DNA of 64,000 nt from an uncultured Spirochaetota bacterium. GTDB taxonomy: Bacteria > Spirochaetota > Spirochaetia > SZUA-6 > Fen-1364. The stretch is taken from assembly GCA_963820525.1 (NCBI GenBank), contig CAWGAA010000001.1, forward strand, positions 2,624,001 through 2,688,000, given 5' to 3'. The position numbers and the translations under genes were made by a program. How positions within the stretch are numbered: position 1 is the stretch's first letter; the number at the start of each line of letters is the position of its first letter. Below, piece by piece: positions 21,565 to 31,228 of the stretch. Below the pieces are notes generated by a model. That model saw only the letters and a program-made list of their open reading frames with translations, was not told the origin of the DNA and did not search any database.

Positions 21565-23306
21565 CCCGCATTTCTCACAAATGGATATGAAAAAGCCTTT
21601 CGCTCTGGTATAATTGCTTTGCAACAAACAAAATAAACCAGAACAGAAAGGCTATACGATGCAAACAGACTGTACACCATCCCTGTTTAGCTTTCAAGAC
21701 CTTGGCAAGAAAAAGGTAGTCGGAAACTTCGACGGAGGCGCGATCAGTTCCGATGCCGGCGCTCTCATTCTTCGAGAGGTTGAACGCGCCACAGGCATCA
21801 TCAAAGCATTCGCGGGCTGTTTCACAGACTATCGAGAGAAAGGCTATATCGAGCATTCCATCGAGCAATTGATAAGCCAAAGGGTATTCGGCATTTGCCT
21901 GGGATACGAAGACCTCAACGATCACGACCAGCTGCGCAAAGATCCCGTTCTGGCTGCCGTTTGCGGGAAACTCGATGTCAACGGGGAAACGAGGAGGCAG
22001 AAACGGGACAGAGGCAAAGCCCTTGCCGGAAAAAGCACGCTGAATCGGCTTGAGACCGCCGGCGGGGCAAGCCTCTCTACGCATCGATACAAGAAAATCA
22101 CGGTGAACGAAACAATGGTTGGGATGTTCCTGGTGAACACATTCCTGGCCAGTTATGAGCAAGCTCCTGAAGAAATCGTGTTGGATCTGGATGCAACCGA
22201 CGACCCTCTGCACGGCAATCAAGAGGGCAGGTTCTTTCATGGCTATTATGATTGTTATTGCTACCTGCCGTTGTACATCTTCTGCGGGGATCATCTTTTA
22301 TGTGCGAAGCTACGTCCCTCCAATATAGACGCATGTTCGGGTGCCGAGAAGGAGTTGGCGAGGATCGTTGCGCAGATCCGTGAGCGATGGCCGCAGGTAC
22401 GTATTGTTGTGCGGGCCGACAGCGGGTTCTGCCGGGAAGCGATCATGGTGTGGTGCGAGTCCAACGACGTGGATTTCCTGTTCGGAATCGCGAAAAACGC
22501 ACGCCTCTTACGCAAGATCCGCAAGGAGCTTTCAGAAGCCCGTAGGCAGTATCTGTCCACTGGTGAGCCGTCGCGAAAGTACGCGGAGCTGATCTATCGG
22601 ACGAAAAAGACATGGTCGAAAAGCAGACGTGTTGTCGCCAAGGCGGAGTATCTGCGCAAGGGAGAGAACCCTCGGTTTGTGGTGACTTCACTTATGCAGG
22701 ACCGCTTCCCTGGCCAGCAGCTGTACGAGCAGCTCTATTGTGCTCGCGGAGACATGGAGAATCGTATCAAAGAACAGCAGCTTTACCTTTTTGCAGATCG
22801 AACCAGTTCCGCCACGATGAGGGCGAATCAGCTTCGGTTGTGGTTCTCCTCTGCGGCCTACGTAATCATGAGTGCCCTCAGAAGGACCGCTTTGAAGGGG
22901 ACAGAGCTGGCCTCGGCACAGTGCGACACGATTCGTTTGAAGCTATTGAAGATTGGCGCACAGGTGCGCGTCAGTGTGCGCCGGATCTATGTGAGCTTCG
23001 CAAGCGGTTATCCATATCAAGAGCTTTTCCGTCAGGTGATTCTGAGTATTCACGAACTCTCCCTTCAATCGGGTTAGCGTGTATTGAGCCTTGTCTTGAG
23101 TAGTTTATTGGGAGAAGACTGTCCTGAAGTCGCCGAATCTTCCCTTATGAGCTGTAAAGTGCGCTCAATCGGGCGATTGGACTGACTCGGGTCACGAAAT
23201 CGATCTACGTGTAGGGGCTGACAGCAAGGAATAGACCGTTTTTCAAAGTTGAGCCCCGCCTCATGATGATCAGACTGCGCAGAGTGCCGTTTGTGAGAAA
23301 TGCGGG
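21565..23306 (+). mobile_element. IS1380-family insertion sequence, 1742 bp
   Basis: Terminal inverted repeats cccgcatttctcacaaa / tttgtgagaaatgcggg (17 bp perfect); 4-bp target duplication CTAC at 21561-21564 and 23307-23310. Confidence 0.96.
21659..23077 (+). CDS. IS1380-family DDE transposase
   Basis: FDGGAISSDAG, GYEDLNDHDQLRKDP, LDLDATDDPLHGNQEG, RADSGF, YCARGDMENRIKE and NQLRL motifs. Confidence 0.96.
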   Translation: MQTDCTPSLFSFQDLGKKKVVGNFDGGAISSDAGALILREVERATGIIKAFAGCFTDYREKGYIEHSIEQLISQRVFGICLGYEDLNDHDQLRKDPVLAAVCGKLDVNGETRRQKRDRGKALAGKSTLNRLETAGGASLSTHRYKKITVNETMVGMFLVNTFLASYEQAPEEIVLDLDATDDPLHGNQEGRFFHGYYDCYCYLPLYIFCGDHLLCAKLRPSNIDACSGAEKELARIVAQIRERWPQVRIVVRADSGFCREAIMVWCESNDVDFLFGIAKNARLLRKIRKELSEARRQYLSTGEPSRKYAELIYRTKKTWSKSRRVVAKAEYLRKGENPRFVVTSLMQDRFPGQQLYEQLYCARGDMENRIKEQQLYLFADRTSSATMRANQLRLWFSSAAYVIMSALRRTALKGTELASAQCDTIRLKLLKIGAQVRVSVRRIYVSFASGYPYQELFRQVILSIHELSLQSG

Positions 23307-24553
23307 CTACCCCTACCTGATTGCAAATCAGATGGGATTCGCGATCGATTTCAAACAGCCTTATGTGACATCTCCCGGTATCGGCGTCTTTCCCTATGAA
23401 GAACCCCTCAAACTGGAGAATGGCCAGATCATCGCCAAGTACTGGCCGGACGGCACTACCCTGAAGGACATGCAGACGCAAATCATCTCCCGGTTGGAAA
23501 ACCTCATGCTGTTCCAGCCCTATAACAACCTGGGCGTCAATGGGGCGATTCTATCCGATCTGCGCAATACCACATCCTCCCTCAATCCCAATACGGGGAA
23601 CTACTTTTTCGACATTGTTCTTCGAAACACCACGCCCCTTCTGTATCCCAACTTCGGGGGAAAAACCGCTGTACAGGAAGCGGCTCTTTTGAAGCCGGAC
23701 ATCATCCTGTTGTGGATCGGAAACAACGATATCCTGGGCGCGGTACTGAATGGCTCGGATCAGCCGCACACCGATAGTGCCGCTTTCGAGGCGGAATATC
23801 GGAAGCTCCTGAGTGATCTCAAAGAATCGACGACCGCCCATATCGTAATGGCGAATATTCCGAAGTATCTCCCGTTCGGCTTTGGTCTCGATGACATCTA
23901 CGTTAATAATGCGCTCACTGTTTTCGATCCAGAGACTTTCATACCCATCGACTTCGGTTCATCAACCTATGTCCCCCTCCTCCTCGCCGAAACAGGCGCC
24001 CGGCACCTGCTCTTGACGGGAGCAATCGAGTATCTGGAACATGGGACGGGGATTCCGATCATGGACGCCACAAAAGATGGGATCATACAATCCCACGGAC
24101 TTACGGCCAGCGGCGTGAAGCTCGATGGCAAATACACCATCACATTGGCCGAAGAGCAGGCGATCTTTGCGGTAATCGACCAATATAACGAGATTCTTGA
24201 AAATCTGAGCGCCGAATACGACGTGCCCCTGGTCGACATAGTAGCGAGCTGGTGGGGAAAGGATGCAAACTTCGGCGGGTATTCGGGCAAATATGCCATT
24301 CAAGATCAGGAAAACACGACCTTCAGCCTCGACGGCGTCCATCCCAACAATCTTGGCCATGCCCTGAGCGCCAATGCTTTCATCAAAGTGCTGAACGAAA
24401 ACTACCAGTTGAGCATTCCGCAGCTCGACCCGGAAAACTACAAGGGCCAGTACACAGGGAAGAGCATTAATAAGAGATCGCTCCAATCGATCAAACGGGT
24501 GATGGAGATCCTGGCGCCGAGGAGGAACTGAAGCCCGTGGCGGCGCGGGATGC

Positions 24554-25480
24554 CTAAACTTCGATGGTCTTTCTTTCTTCCGCGATGGAGACCTGAAGGC
24601 GAGTTTTTCCCTTGATTGAGGAGCGGTACTTTTCGAGGAGCTCTTCCAGCTGGGAATCGCTGCGCTCCGGGTCGTGGTGGAACAGCACGAGGTGCTTCAC
24701 TCCCGCCTTGTGAGCGGCGTTGATTGCCCACTCGAAGGTGCTGTGCCCCCAGCCGATCTTGCCCTTGAGGTATTCGGTATGGGTGTATTGGGTGTCGTGC
24801 ACAAGCAGATCGGCGCCCTGGAAGAAGCGCAGCACTTTCTCGTTCTCTTCCTGCGCGGCGATCTCCCCCTCGCGTGCCGCATCCGCGTCGTAGCCGGAAG
24901 CCTTGGGGTCCGTTTCGAAGACGTTTCGAAACGGCTCGTGGTCGTAGATTGTGCAGAAAACCCTGCCCTGGTACTCAAAGCGGTAGCCGAGCACGAGGAT
25001 GGGGTGGTTTAAATACTTGGTCTTCATGCACAGCCCGCCCCCGAGATCCTTGACGCTTTCCTTGAGGTGGAAGTAATCGATCTTTGCGCGAAGCTCCTCA
25101 ATGCGCACGGGGAAATAGCGATAGCGGAGCTGGTCTCCGACGATCTTGTCCAGCGTGTCCTCTTCATAGGTCACCGGCCCATAGACTTCGAGCTCGGTGC
25201 CGGGGATGAAGATGGGAGTGAAGAAGGGGAACCCCATGATGTGATCCCAGTGGGTGTGAGTGAGGAACAGCTTGGTCTTGATGGGGCCCCGGGGCATGTC
25301 CCTTTTCACGATGGAGCCGGCAAGCTCGCGGATCCCGGAGCCGGCGTCGATGATAATGAGCCGGTCATCCGGGTCGAAGCGCAGCTCGAGGCATGCGGTG
25401 TTTCCGCCGTACTTCACCGTTGAAGGTCCGGGGCAGGGGATGGAGCCGCGCACGCCCCAGAAAGTCACCCGCATCGCCAT
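24554..25480 (-). CDS. MBL-fold metallohydrolase (phosphodiesterase-like)
   Basis: FWGVRGSIP, IDAGSG, THTHWDHIMG, HDTQY, WGHS and LFHHDP motifs. Confidence 0.93.
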   Translation of the reverse strand: MAMRVTFWGVRGSIPCPGPSTVKYGGNTACLELRFDPDDRLIIIDAGSGIRELAGSIVKRDMPRGPIKTKLFLTHTHWDHIMGFPFFTPIFIPGTELEVYGPVTYEEDTLDKIVGDQLRYRYFPVRIEELRAKIDYFHLKESVKDLGGGLCMKTKYLNHPILVLGYRFEYQGRVFCTIYDHEPFRNVFETDPKASGYDADAAREGEIAAQEENEKVLRFFQGADLLVHDTQYTHTEYLKGKIGWGHSTFEWAINAAHKAGVKHLVLFHHDPERSDSQLEELLEKYRSSIKGKTRLQVSIAEERKTIEV

Positions 25481-25488
25481 GCCGCTAC

Positions 25489-26361
25489 CTACGCCGATAC
25501 CATGAGGAAGATCTTGGCTTTCTCGATCTCCTTGTTCACCGTCTCCTCGAGCGCTTCGAGGTCCTCCCAGCTGATCCCCAGCTCTTCGAAGACCTGCGGG
25601 GGGAGCTTCTCCGGATAGCGGTCTCCCGAGAAGCCGATCTGGTTGGTGTTGGCGAAGAAGTTCGCCGCGCTCACGGTGAGCAGCATGTCACGGTTGGGGC
25701 CCGAGTACTCTCCGAGGGTGTGGTGGAAGAACACGACGTCCTCCATGATGGGACCGAGGTTCCAGCTCTTGATGATGAGCCTCCCCACGTCGCAGTGGTT
25801 CACTCCCGTGGTGCGCTCCTCCACCCGGAAGAGGGGCACGTGCTCCTTGTCCGTGATGGAGAGGGCTTCCACGTACTCGGTGGAAAGCTTGTTGTTCAAG
25901 GGGATCTTGCCCACGTCATGCAGGAGGCCGGCCACGAAGTACTCTTCCAGCTGCTTCGTATCCTTCCTCCGCTTTGCCGCGAGGAGCTTCGCGGTCACCC
26001 CCACGCAGAGGGAATGCCGCCAGAAGCCGTCGATGTTCAAGGCCTGGAAGTTCTTCTTCGCGCTCAGGTTGCCCAGGACCGCGGTGGATAAAGCGAGATT
26101 CTTCACCGTGTTGATCCCCAGCATGATGATGGCGCGCACCAGGGAGGTGATCTGGTTGGGCAGGCTGTAGTACGCGGAGTTGATGAGCTTCATGACGCGG
26201 CCCATGAGGACCGGGTCGAGGCTTATCACCTGGTTGAGATCCGCGGGAGAGGTCTTCGGATCGTTACAGATCTGGAGGATCTTGGAAACCGTGATGGGAA
26301 GGCTGGGCATGCGGGTGATGTAGGTCTGGATGATGGCAAGGAGGCGCTCTTTTTCCTGCAT
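25489..26361 (-). CDS. HDOD domain protein
   Basis: MPSLP, DPVLMGRVMKLINSAYY, FWRHSL, AGLLHDVGK and NHCDVG..WNL motifs. Confidence 0.93.
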   Translation of the reverse strand: MQEKERLLAIIQTYITRMPSLPITVSKILQICNDPKTSPADLNQVISLDPVLMGRVMKLINSAYYSLPNQITSLVRAIIMLGINTVKNLALSTAVLGNLSAKKNFQALNIDGFWRHSLCVGVTAKLLAAKRRKDTKQLEEYFVAGLLHDVGKIPLNNKLSTEYVEALSITDKEHVPLFRVEERTTGVNHCDVGRLIIKSWNLGPIMEDVVFFHHTLGEYSGPNRDMLLTVSAANFFANTNQIGFSGDRYPEKLPPQVFEELGISWEDLEALEETVNKEIEKAKIFLMVSA

Positions 26362-26367
26362 AGGGCT

Positions 26368-29300
26368 CTATCCCGCTCCCCCGCCGACTCTCGAGATAAG
26401 GGAGTCGATCTTGTCTCTCAATGCAGCTCCGAGCGTCTTGTCCGGGTGCCATGCCGACAGGTCCTTGAGATAGGAAAATGTATCCACCAGCAAGGGGCGA
26501 GTCAGGGAATCTGGCTTCTGCGGGGCCTGTGGGCGATAGCTTTGCACGATCTTATCCCGTAGACCTTTACGTCCCTCGAGGCGCGACTTGAGCATCTCCA
26601 TTGTGAGCCGCTCGCCGCTGGCCCGGAATTTCCTCTTGTGCCGCTCGGGAAGATATTCGGATAGTTTCTCCAGATAGTCAAGAAGCTCGCGGGGGGTGCG
26701 CTTTGCCTGGGGCCCCGAGCCGAGCTTCTCCTTGACATGGTTCAGATAGTCTCGAAGCTCCTTGCGGACTTCCTCAGCGGATTTTTCGCCTGCCGCCTGC
26801 TTCTCGCGAGCCCTGGGAGGCGGAGCAGGCGCTTTCCTGGGCGCACGGGCGGCAGGGGCCTCTGCGGCAATCGGCGCAGCCGCGCTCACCTTGACCTGCT
26901 TGGGTTTTGGGGCAGGGGCCCCGACGGGCGGCGCGGAGACCGCACCAGGGGGCTCGGGCTTAGGCTTGGGCGCAGGCGCCCTGGCAGGCGGCGCGGAGAC
27001 CGCACCAGGGGGCTCGGGCTTAGGCTTGGGCGCAGGCGCCCTGGCAGGCGGCGCGGAGACCGCACCAGGGGGCTCGGGCTTAGGCTTGGGCGCAGGCGCC
27101 CTGGCAGGCGGCGCTTTCATCGCCGGCACCTCAAGCGGGGCCTTGCCGGAGAGCTCTTGTTTCGGGGGGACAGAAATGCCTTTGCCGGGAGGAGTCTGGC
27201 GTTTGTCCGGACCCCTGAGGGGTGCCTTAGCCGTTTTTCTCTCCTCGGTCATGGCGGGTGGTGAAGGCACCTGTACGATAATGGTTTGGGGCTCGGGAGG
27301 GGGGGAGGCGGCTGTTGGGGGATCTCCACGGTGATTATCTGGGGCCTCTCCTCGATCTTCCGCGAGAGATCCGTTAGCCGGTCGAAGAGCCTGTCCACCA
27401 TCTTCTGCTGGGCATCGATCGATTCTTTCAGGGATTTTGCCAGGGCGGTGTCGGGCTGGGGCTGGATGATGTGCTGTACGATCTGAGGAGGAGCGGGGGG
27501 GAGCGGGGCCGGTGCTTGTGATGGGGCCGGTGCTTGCGCAGGCATAGGCGGGGGTGTTCTTTCGGCCGCAATGGCCTGGGCGGCTGCTCCGGGAGACATC
27601 GTAGTGATGGCACCGGAAGCGCCGCCGCCCGCGCCCATCGCGCCTGGAAAGGCGGATGATGCGGCTCCCGCCGCAAGGCCGCCCGGGAAAAAGGCTGAAG
27701 CGGCGCCCCCAACACCGGCAGCTGTGCCGCCGGCAGCACCACCGCCACCACCGGCAGCACCACCGCCACCACCGCCAGGCCCCCCAGGAGCCTGGGAAGG
27801 CAGAGGGGTGGGAGGCTGGAAGGTCTGAAGCGCGGGGTTTTCCTCGTACAGTTCCTGGCCCTGGAGCAGGTTCACGAGGTTCGGCGGCCGCTCGTCCTCT
27901 ATGGAGATCGTCTGGTCCGGAAGCTCGCTCTCCTCCTCGAGAGTGAGGATCTCCGGGACTTCCTCCACGGAGAGAACCGGCTCCATTCCGCCGACGTTGA
28001 TGATGGGCACCGTGTCTTCTTGCAGCGGCTCGATGTCCTCGAGCATGAGGGAGTCCTCTTCGGAGGCTTCCTTTGCAGGGCGCACGGATTCCACCGTCAT
28101 CTCGCGCAGGTGCCGGATAGTCCGCTCCCTCTCCTCCCGGAAGTCCTTCTCATGCTCGGCAATCGCCTTCTCGTATTCCTCGATTGTCCGAGAAAGCTCG
28201 TCGATGTCTTGCGGGCTTCCCCCGGCCCGCAGGACATTGATGAGGCCTTCCATCGTCTCGATTGCTTTCTCCGGTTGTCCCGTAGAGCGGTAGACGCGGG
28301 CAAGGTGCTGGTACGCTTCCTGCTCCTCGGGGGCAGCCTCGATCAGCTCCCGGAGGGTTTGCGCCGCCTGCGCGGCGAGCCCTTGATCGTAATACAGGTC
28401 TGCGAGAAGGATCTTCGCCCGCGTATCGCCCGGGTTGGCTGAAATGTAGCGTGCGACTTCCTCCTCGGCCTTTTTCGCTTCTCCCTTGTCCTTCCATAAA
28501 AAGGCAAGATCGAGGCGGAAATCCTGGTCAGCCGTATCGCTTTGCTGAAGCCTGCGAAAGCAGGCCAGGGCCTTCTCCGTGTCACCCGCTTTCCGCCAGA
28601 CCGCGGCAAGGGATCTCAAGGCACGTGAGTTGGCAGGCTCCTTTGCCAGCACGGCCTCCAGATGTTCCGTCGCTTCCTTGAGGTTTTCGAGCTGGAGGTA
28701 GATTCCGCCCAGCCGAAGGCGGGCTTCCGTGTCTTCGGGGTTTATTGAAACAAGTTTTTTAAGCTCCTCCAGGGCATCGGTCGTCCTTCCGGCCCTTTCA
28801 AGGACGTCGGCGAGGTTGGAGATCGCAGGGGTGTAGCGCGGGTCTGACCGTGATGCGCCGCGGTACGCCTCGATCGCATCCTCGAACCGGCCCTGCGCGG
28901 CCAGGGCAACACCAAGGTTGTTGAGCGCTCGGGCGTTGGCCGGCTCGCTCCTGAGCGCCTCCCGCAGCGCCTTCTCGGAGCCCTTCTCCTCTCCCATGCG
29001 GTGGAGGGTCACACCGAGGTTGTTCAGCGCATCGGGCCAGGAAGGCTTCAGGTGGACAGCAGCCTCGTATTCCTCCCTTGCTTCCGCGAGCTTTCCGATA
29101 CGCTCGAAGACGATCCCGAGGTTGTAGTGCAGCCGGCTCTGGTTTGCGTCACCCTGGAGGCCCTTCTGGTAGATCCGGATCGCCTCTCCATACCTGCCGA
29201 GGCCTTCCAGCACCGTGCCGAGGTTGTTGTAGGCAGGCACGAAGGAAGGATCCACGGCGATGGCCTTCTGGTAGTTTTCCTCGGCCTGGGGGAGGTTTCC

Positions 29301-29663
29301 CAGGGCCTTGTAGACATTGCCGAGGTTGTAATAGACGTCGCCGCGCTGGGGCGACAGGTCGATGGCGCGCTCGAAATGGGGGATGGCCTCCCCGTATGCC
29401 TCGAGGCGCTTGAGGACGATGCCGAGGTTGTTGTGCGCCTCGGTGTATTTCGGATTCACCTCAACGGCTTTGCCGAAGAGCTCCGCCGCGCGGCGGAACC
29501 GGCCCGTTCTCTCGCATGCGGAGCCCAGCAGATTGTAGGCCGCGGCGGAGCCCGGCTGTTCCTCCAGCACGCGCAGGGCCAGCTTCTCCACCAGGGGGTA
29601 TTCCCCCATCTTGAAGGCATTGCGCGCCCGGATGAAGATCTCCTCCGCGCCCATCGTCTTCAC
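26368..29663 (-). pseudogene. Large TPR protein with Pro/Ala-rich linker and helical C-terminal domain, broken by a 1-nt frameshift in a homopolymer (ORFs 27249-29663 and 26368-27270)
   Basis: More than a dozen TPRs (NNLG/YNLG). One extra C in the C7 run (G7 at 27299-27305 on +) would join ...PQQPPPP to PEPQTIIVQVPSPPAMTEE. May be a sequencing indel. Confidence 0.75.
26927..27114. repeat. Perfect 60-bp coding tandem repeat, about 3.1 copies (PPARAPAPKPKPEPPGAVSA)
   Basis: Identical sequence at offsets of 60 nt (lines 26941, 27001, 27061) plus a degenerate copy around 26880-26926. Confidence 0.95.
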
Positions 29664-31165
29664 GGATAGATCCTCGAGGGCCGCGCGCTCACTTCGCTCG
29701 CGAAAGCGCTCTGCTGGGGAGGCTCGGAATCGTCATAGGAAACGACCGTGAAGTAGTACAGCTTTCCATTCTCCAGATTCGATATCTCCGCCCGCGTCGT
29801 GTCGCCTACGTCTATCGGTGAATCGCCCAGGCCGGATCCGGTCCCGAGGAAGGTATGGGGAGCGTCCCCGTAATAGACCCGGTAACCTTTCACGTCGAGG
29901 TCGTTCACCTTCCGCCATGTGAGAGTCACCTTCCCGTTTCCGGGCGCCGCGCGCACCGCGGCCGGGGGTGTCGGCGGCAGGTTGGGCTGGTATGCAACGG
30001 TGAGGCTGGAGACACGGGGGGAAACGTCGCGCGCCCCGTCGGGAAAAAGCTCCACCATGAGCTGGAGGTATCTGCCCCGGACCTTTTCGCCGAAATCCGT
30101 TCCCGGCAGGAAAGGTACCCAATCGGTCCCCTCGAGGGACCGCGGGTTGGTCCATGAGTCAGAAATCTTGTAGGAGAATGCGACCCCCGAATCCGACGGG
30201 GTCAAGTAGACGGAGTCTATCCTCGCTACGCGGGTGGAGGCGAACTTCAGGTCGATGATCCTGGAAACGACGCTGCCCGAGCTTCCCGAAAACTTCTGGA
30301 TTGACGGGGACTGGACGAACCGTCTGCTCATGCGAAGCTCATCGAGAAAGCCCGTGTAGTCGCCCGCCAGGACGAGCTCTCCAGGGAACCCCGCGGAAAG
30401 ACGCGGGACCGCCACGGACCCTCCTTCTTTTCCCGTGTCCGTGAGGTGGATGGCCGCTTCCGGCACCCCATCGATCGCGTATTCCAGGAGCCCAATGGTG
30501 CTGTCGAAGCGAAGGAGGTGATGGTGCCACACGCGGGGGAGAAGCTTGCGGGTGCCCGAAAGCGTGAAGGAGAGCGGCCTGCCGTCGGGCAGGATGAAGA
30601 AGTTCCTGAAATCCCAGGTCAGCATCCTGTTTCGAAGCTCGGCGCTCATGCCCTGCGCGGCCAGGCCCGCGGCATCCTTCTGGGCGCCCTGCCAGGAGAA
30701 AACCGTTTCCCCGCGGGAGAGCAAAGACGGGTACATCCAGAACTCGATCGTGAAGTCTCCCCAGACGGAGCCGGGGGAGAACAGGGACCCGCCCGGTCTG
30801 GAAAACGGCCTGCCGCCATCGCCGCCCGGGAAAACAGCGCTTCCCGCTCCGAGCTCAGAGACCGCGGTGGAAATCGCCGGCCCGGCGCCCGCGAATCTGT
30901 AGCCGCCCGCGGCGTCGGCTTCCCCGGGAGAATCGAAGTGGAAGAGGAACTCGGTTCCGCTGTCAGCAGCGTATTCGGACATGAGAAGGGCGAGGTCCTT
31001 CAGCCCCCACTTTCCCGCGACCATGGCCACCCCATCGAAGCTCCCCATGTCCTTCCACAGGGAATCCTTTCCCAGCTCCACGGTCCGAAGCTGTGCAGGG
31101 AGCGATCCCGCAGCAAGGAGGAGGCAGAGAACCAGCGACCCGGGGAGTGTTTTTTTCCGGACCAT
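29660..31165 (-). CDS. Exported protein with LamG/concanavalin-like and C-terminal FN3 domains
   Basis: Signal peptide; DFTIEFWMYP, WHHHLLRFD and GFLDELRMS; PGNGKVTLTW...GYRVYYG...LENGKLYYFTVVSYD. Start uncertain (31165 or 31177). Confidence 0.8.
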   Translation of the reverse strand: MVRKKTLPGSLVLCLLLAAGSLPAQLRTVELGKDSLWKDMGSFDGVAMVAGKWGLKDLALLMSEYAADSGTEFLFHFDSPGEADAAGGYRFAGAGPAISTAVSELGAGSAVFPGGDGGRPFSRPGGSLFSPGSVWGDFTIEFWMYPSLLSRGETVFSWQGAQKDAAGLAAQGMSAELRNRMLTWDFRNFFILPDGRPLSFTLSGTRKLLPRVWHHHLLRFDSTIGLLEYAIDGVPEAAIHLTDTGKEGGSVAVPRLSAGFPGELVLAGDYTGFLDELRMSRRFVQSPSIQKFSGSSGSVVSRIIDLKFASTRVARIDSVYLTPSDSGVAFSYKISDSWTNPRSLEGTDWVPFLPGTDFGEKVRGRYLQLMVELFPDGARDVSPRVSSLTVAYQPNLPPTPPAAVRAAPGNGKVTLTWRKVNDLDVKGYRVYYGDAPHTFLGTGSGLGDSPIDVGDTTRAEISNLENGKLYYFTVVSYDDSEPPQQSAFASEVSARPSRIYP

Positions 31166-31228
31166 AGTCAGGTACACTGCTATTATAATCGGAATGCGGG
31201 GGTATTTCTATTGAAGGGATCCATCGCC

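Larger units (their letters stand above)
21394..24531 (+). pseudogene. SGNH/GDSL hydrolase lipoprotein interrupted by an IS1380-family element (segments 21394-21564 and 23311-24531)
   Basis: Lipobox SLTAC and ALGDSITMG before the IS; NLGVNGA, IGNND and DGVHP after it. Removing the IS and one CTAC restores ...NDYPYLIA... in frame (463 aa). Confidence 0.92.

Noticed and set aside
23263..24531. Independent 422-aa gene
   Set aside because: Its first codons come from the IS end; it is the 3' part of the interrupted GDSL gene.
26927..27114. Possible CRISPR array
   Set aside because: Contiguous 60-bp units with no unique spacers, in frame within a coding linker, and no cas genes.
30446..31228. Apparent 260-aa N-terminal extension of UvrC
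   Set aside because: It overlaps the opposite-strand LamG/FN3 gene; UvrC homology begins near 31229.
31166..31228. SOS box upstream of uvrC
   Set aside because: Only a TATAAT-like element is visible; no clear palindrome, and the LexA motif for this lineage is not known to me.
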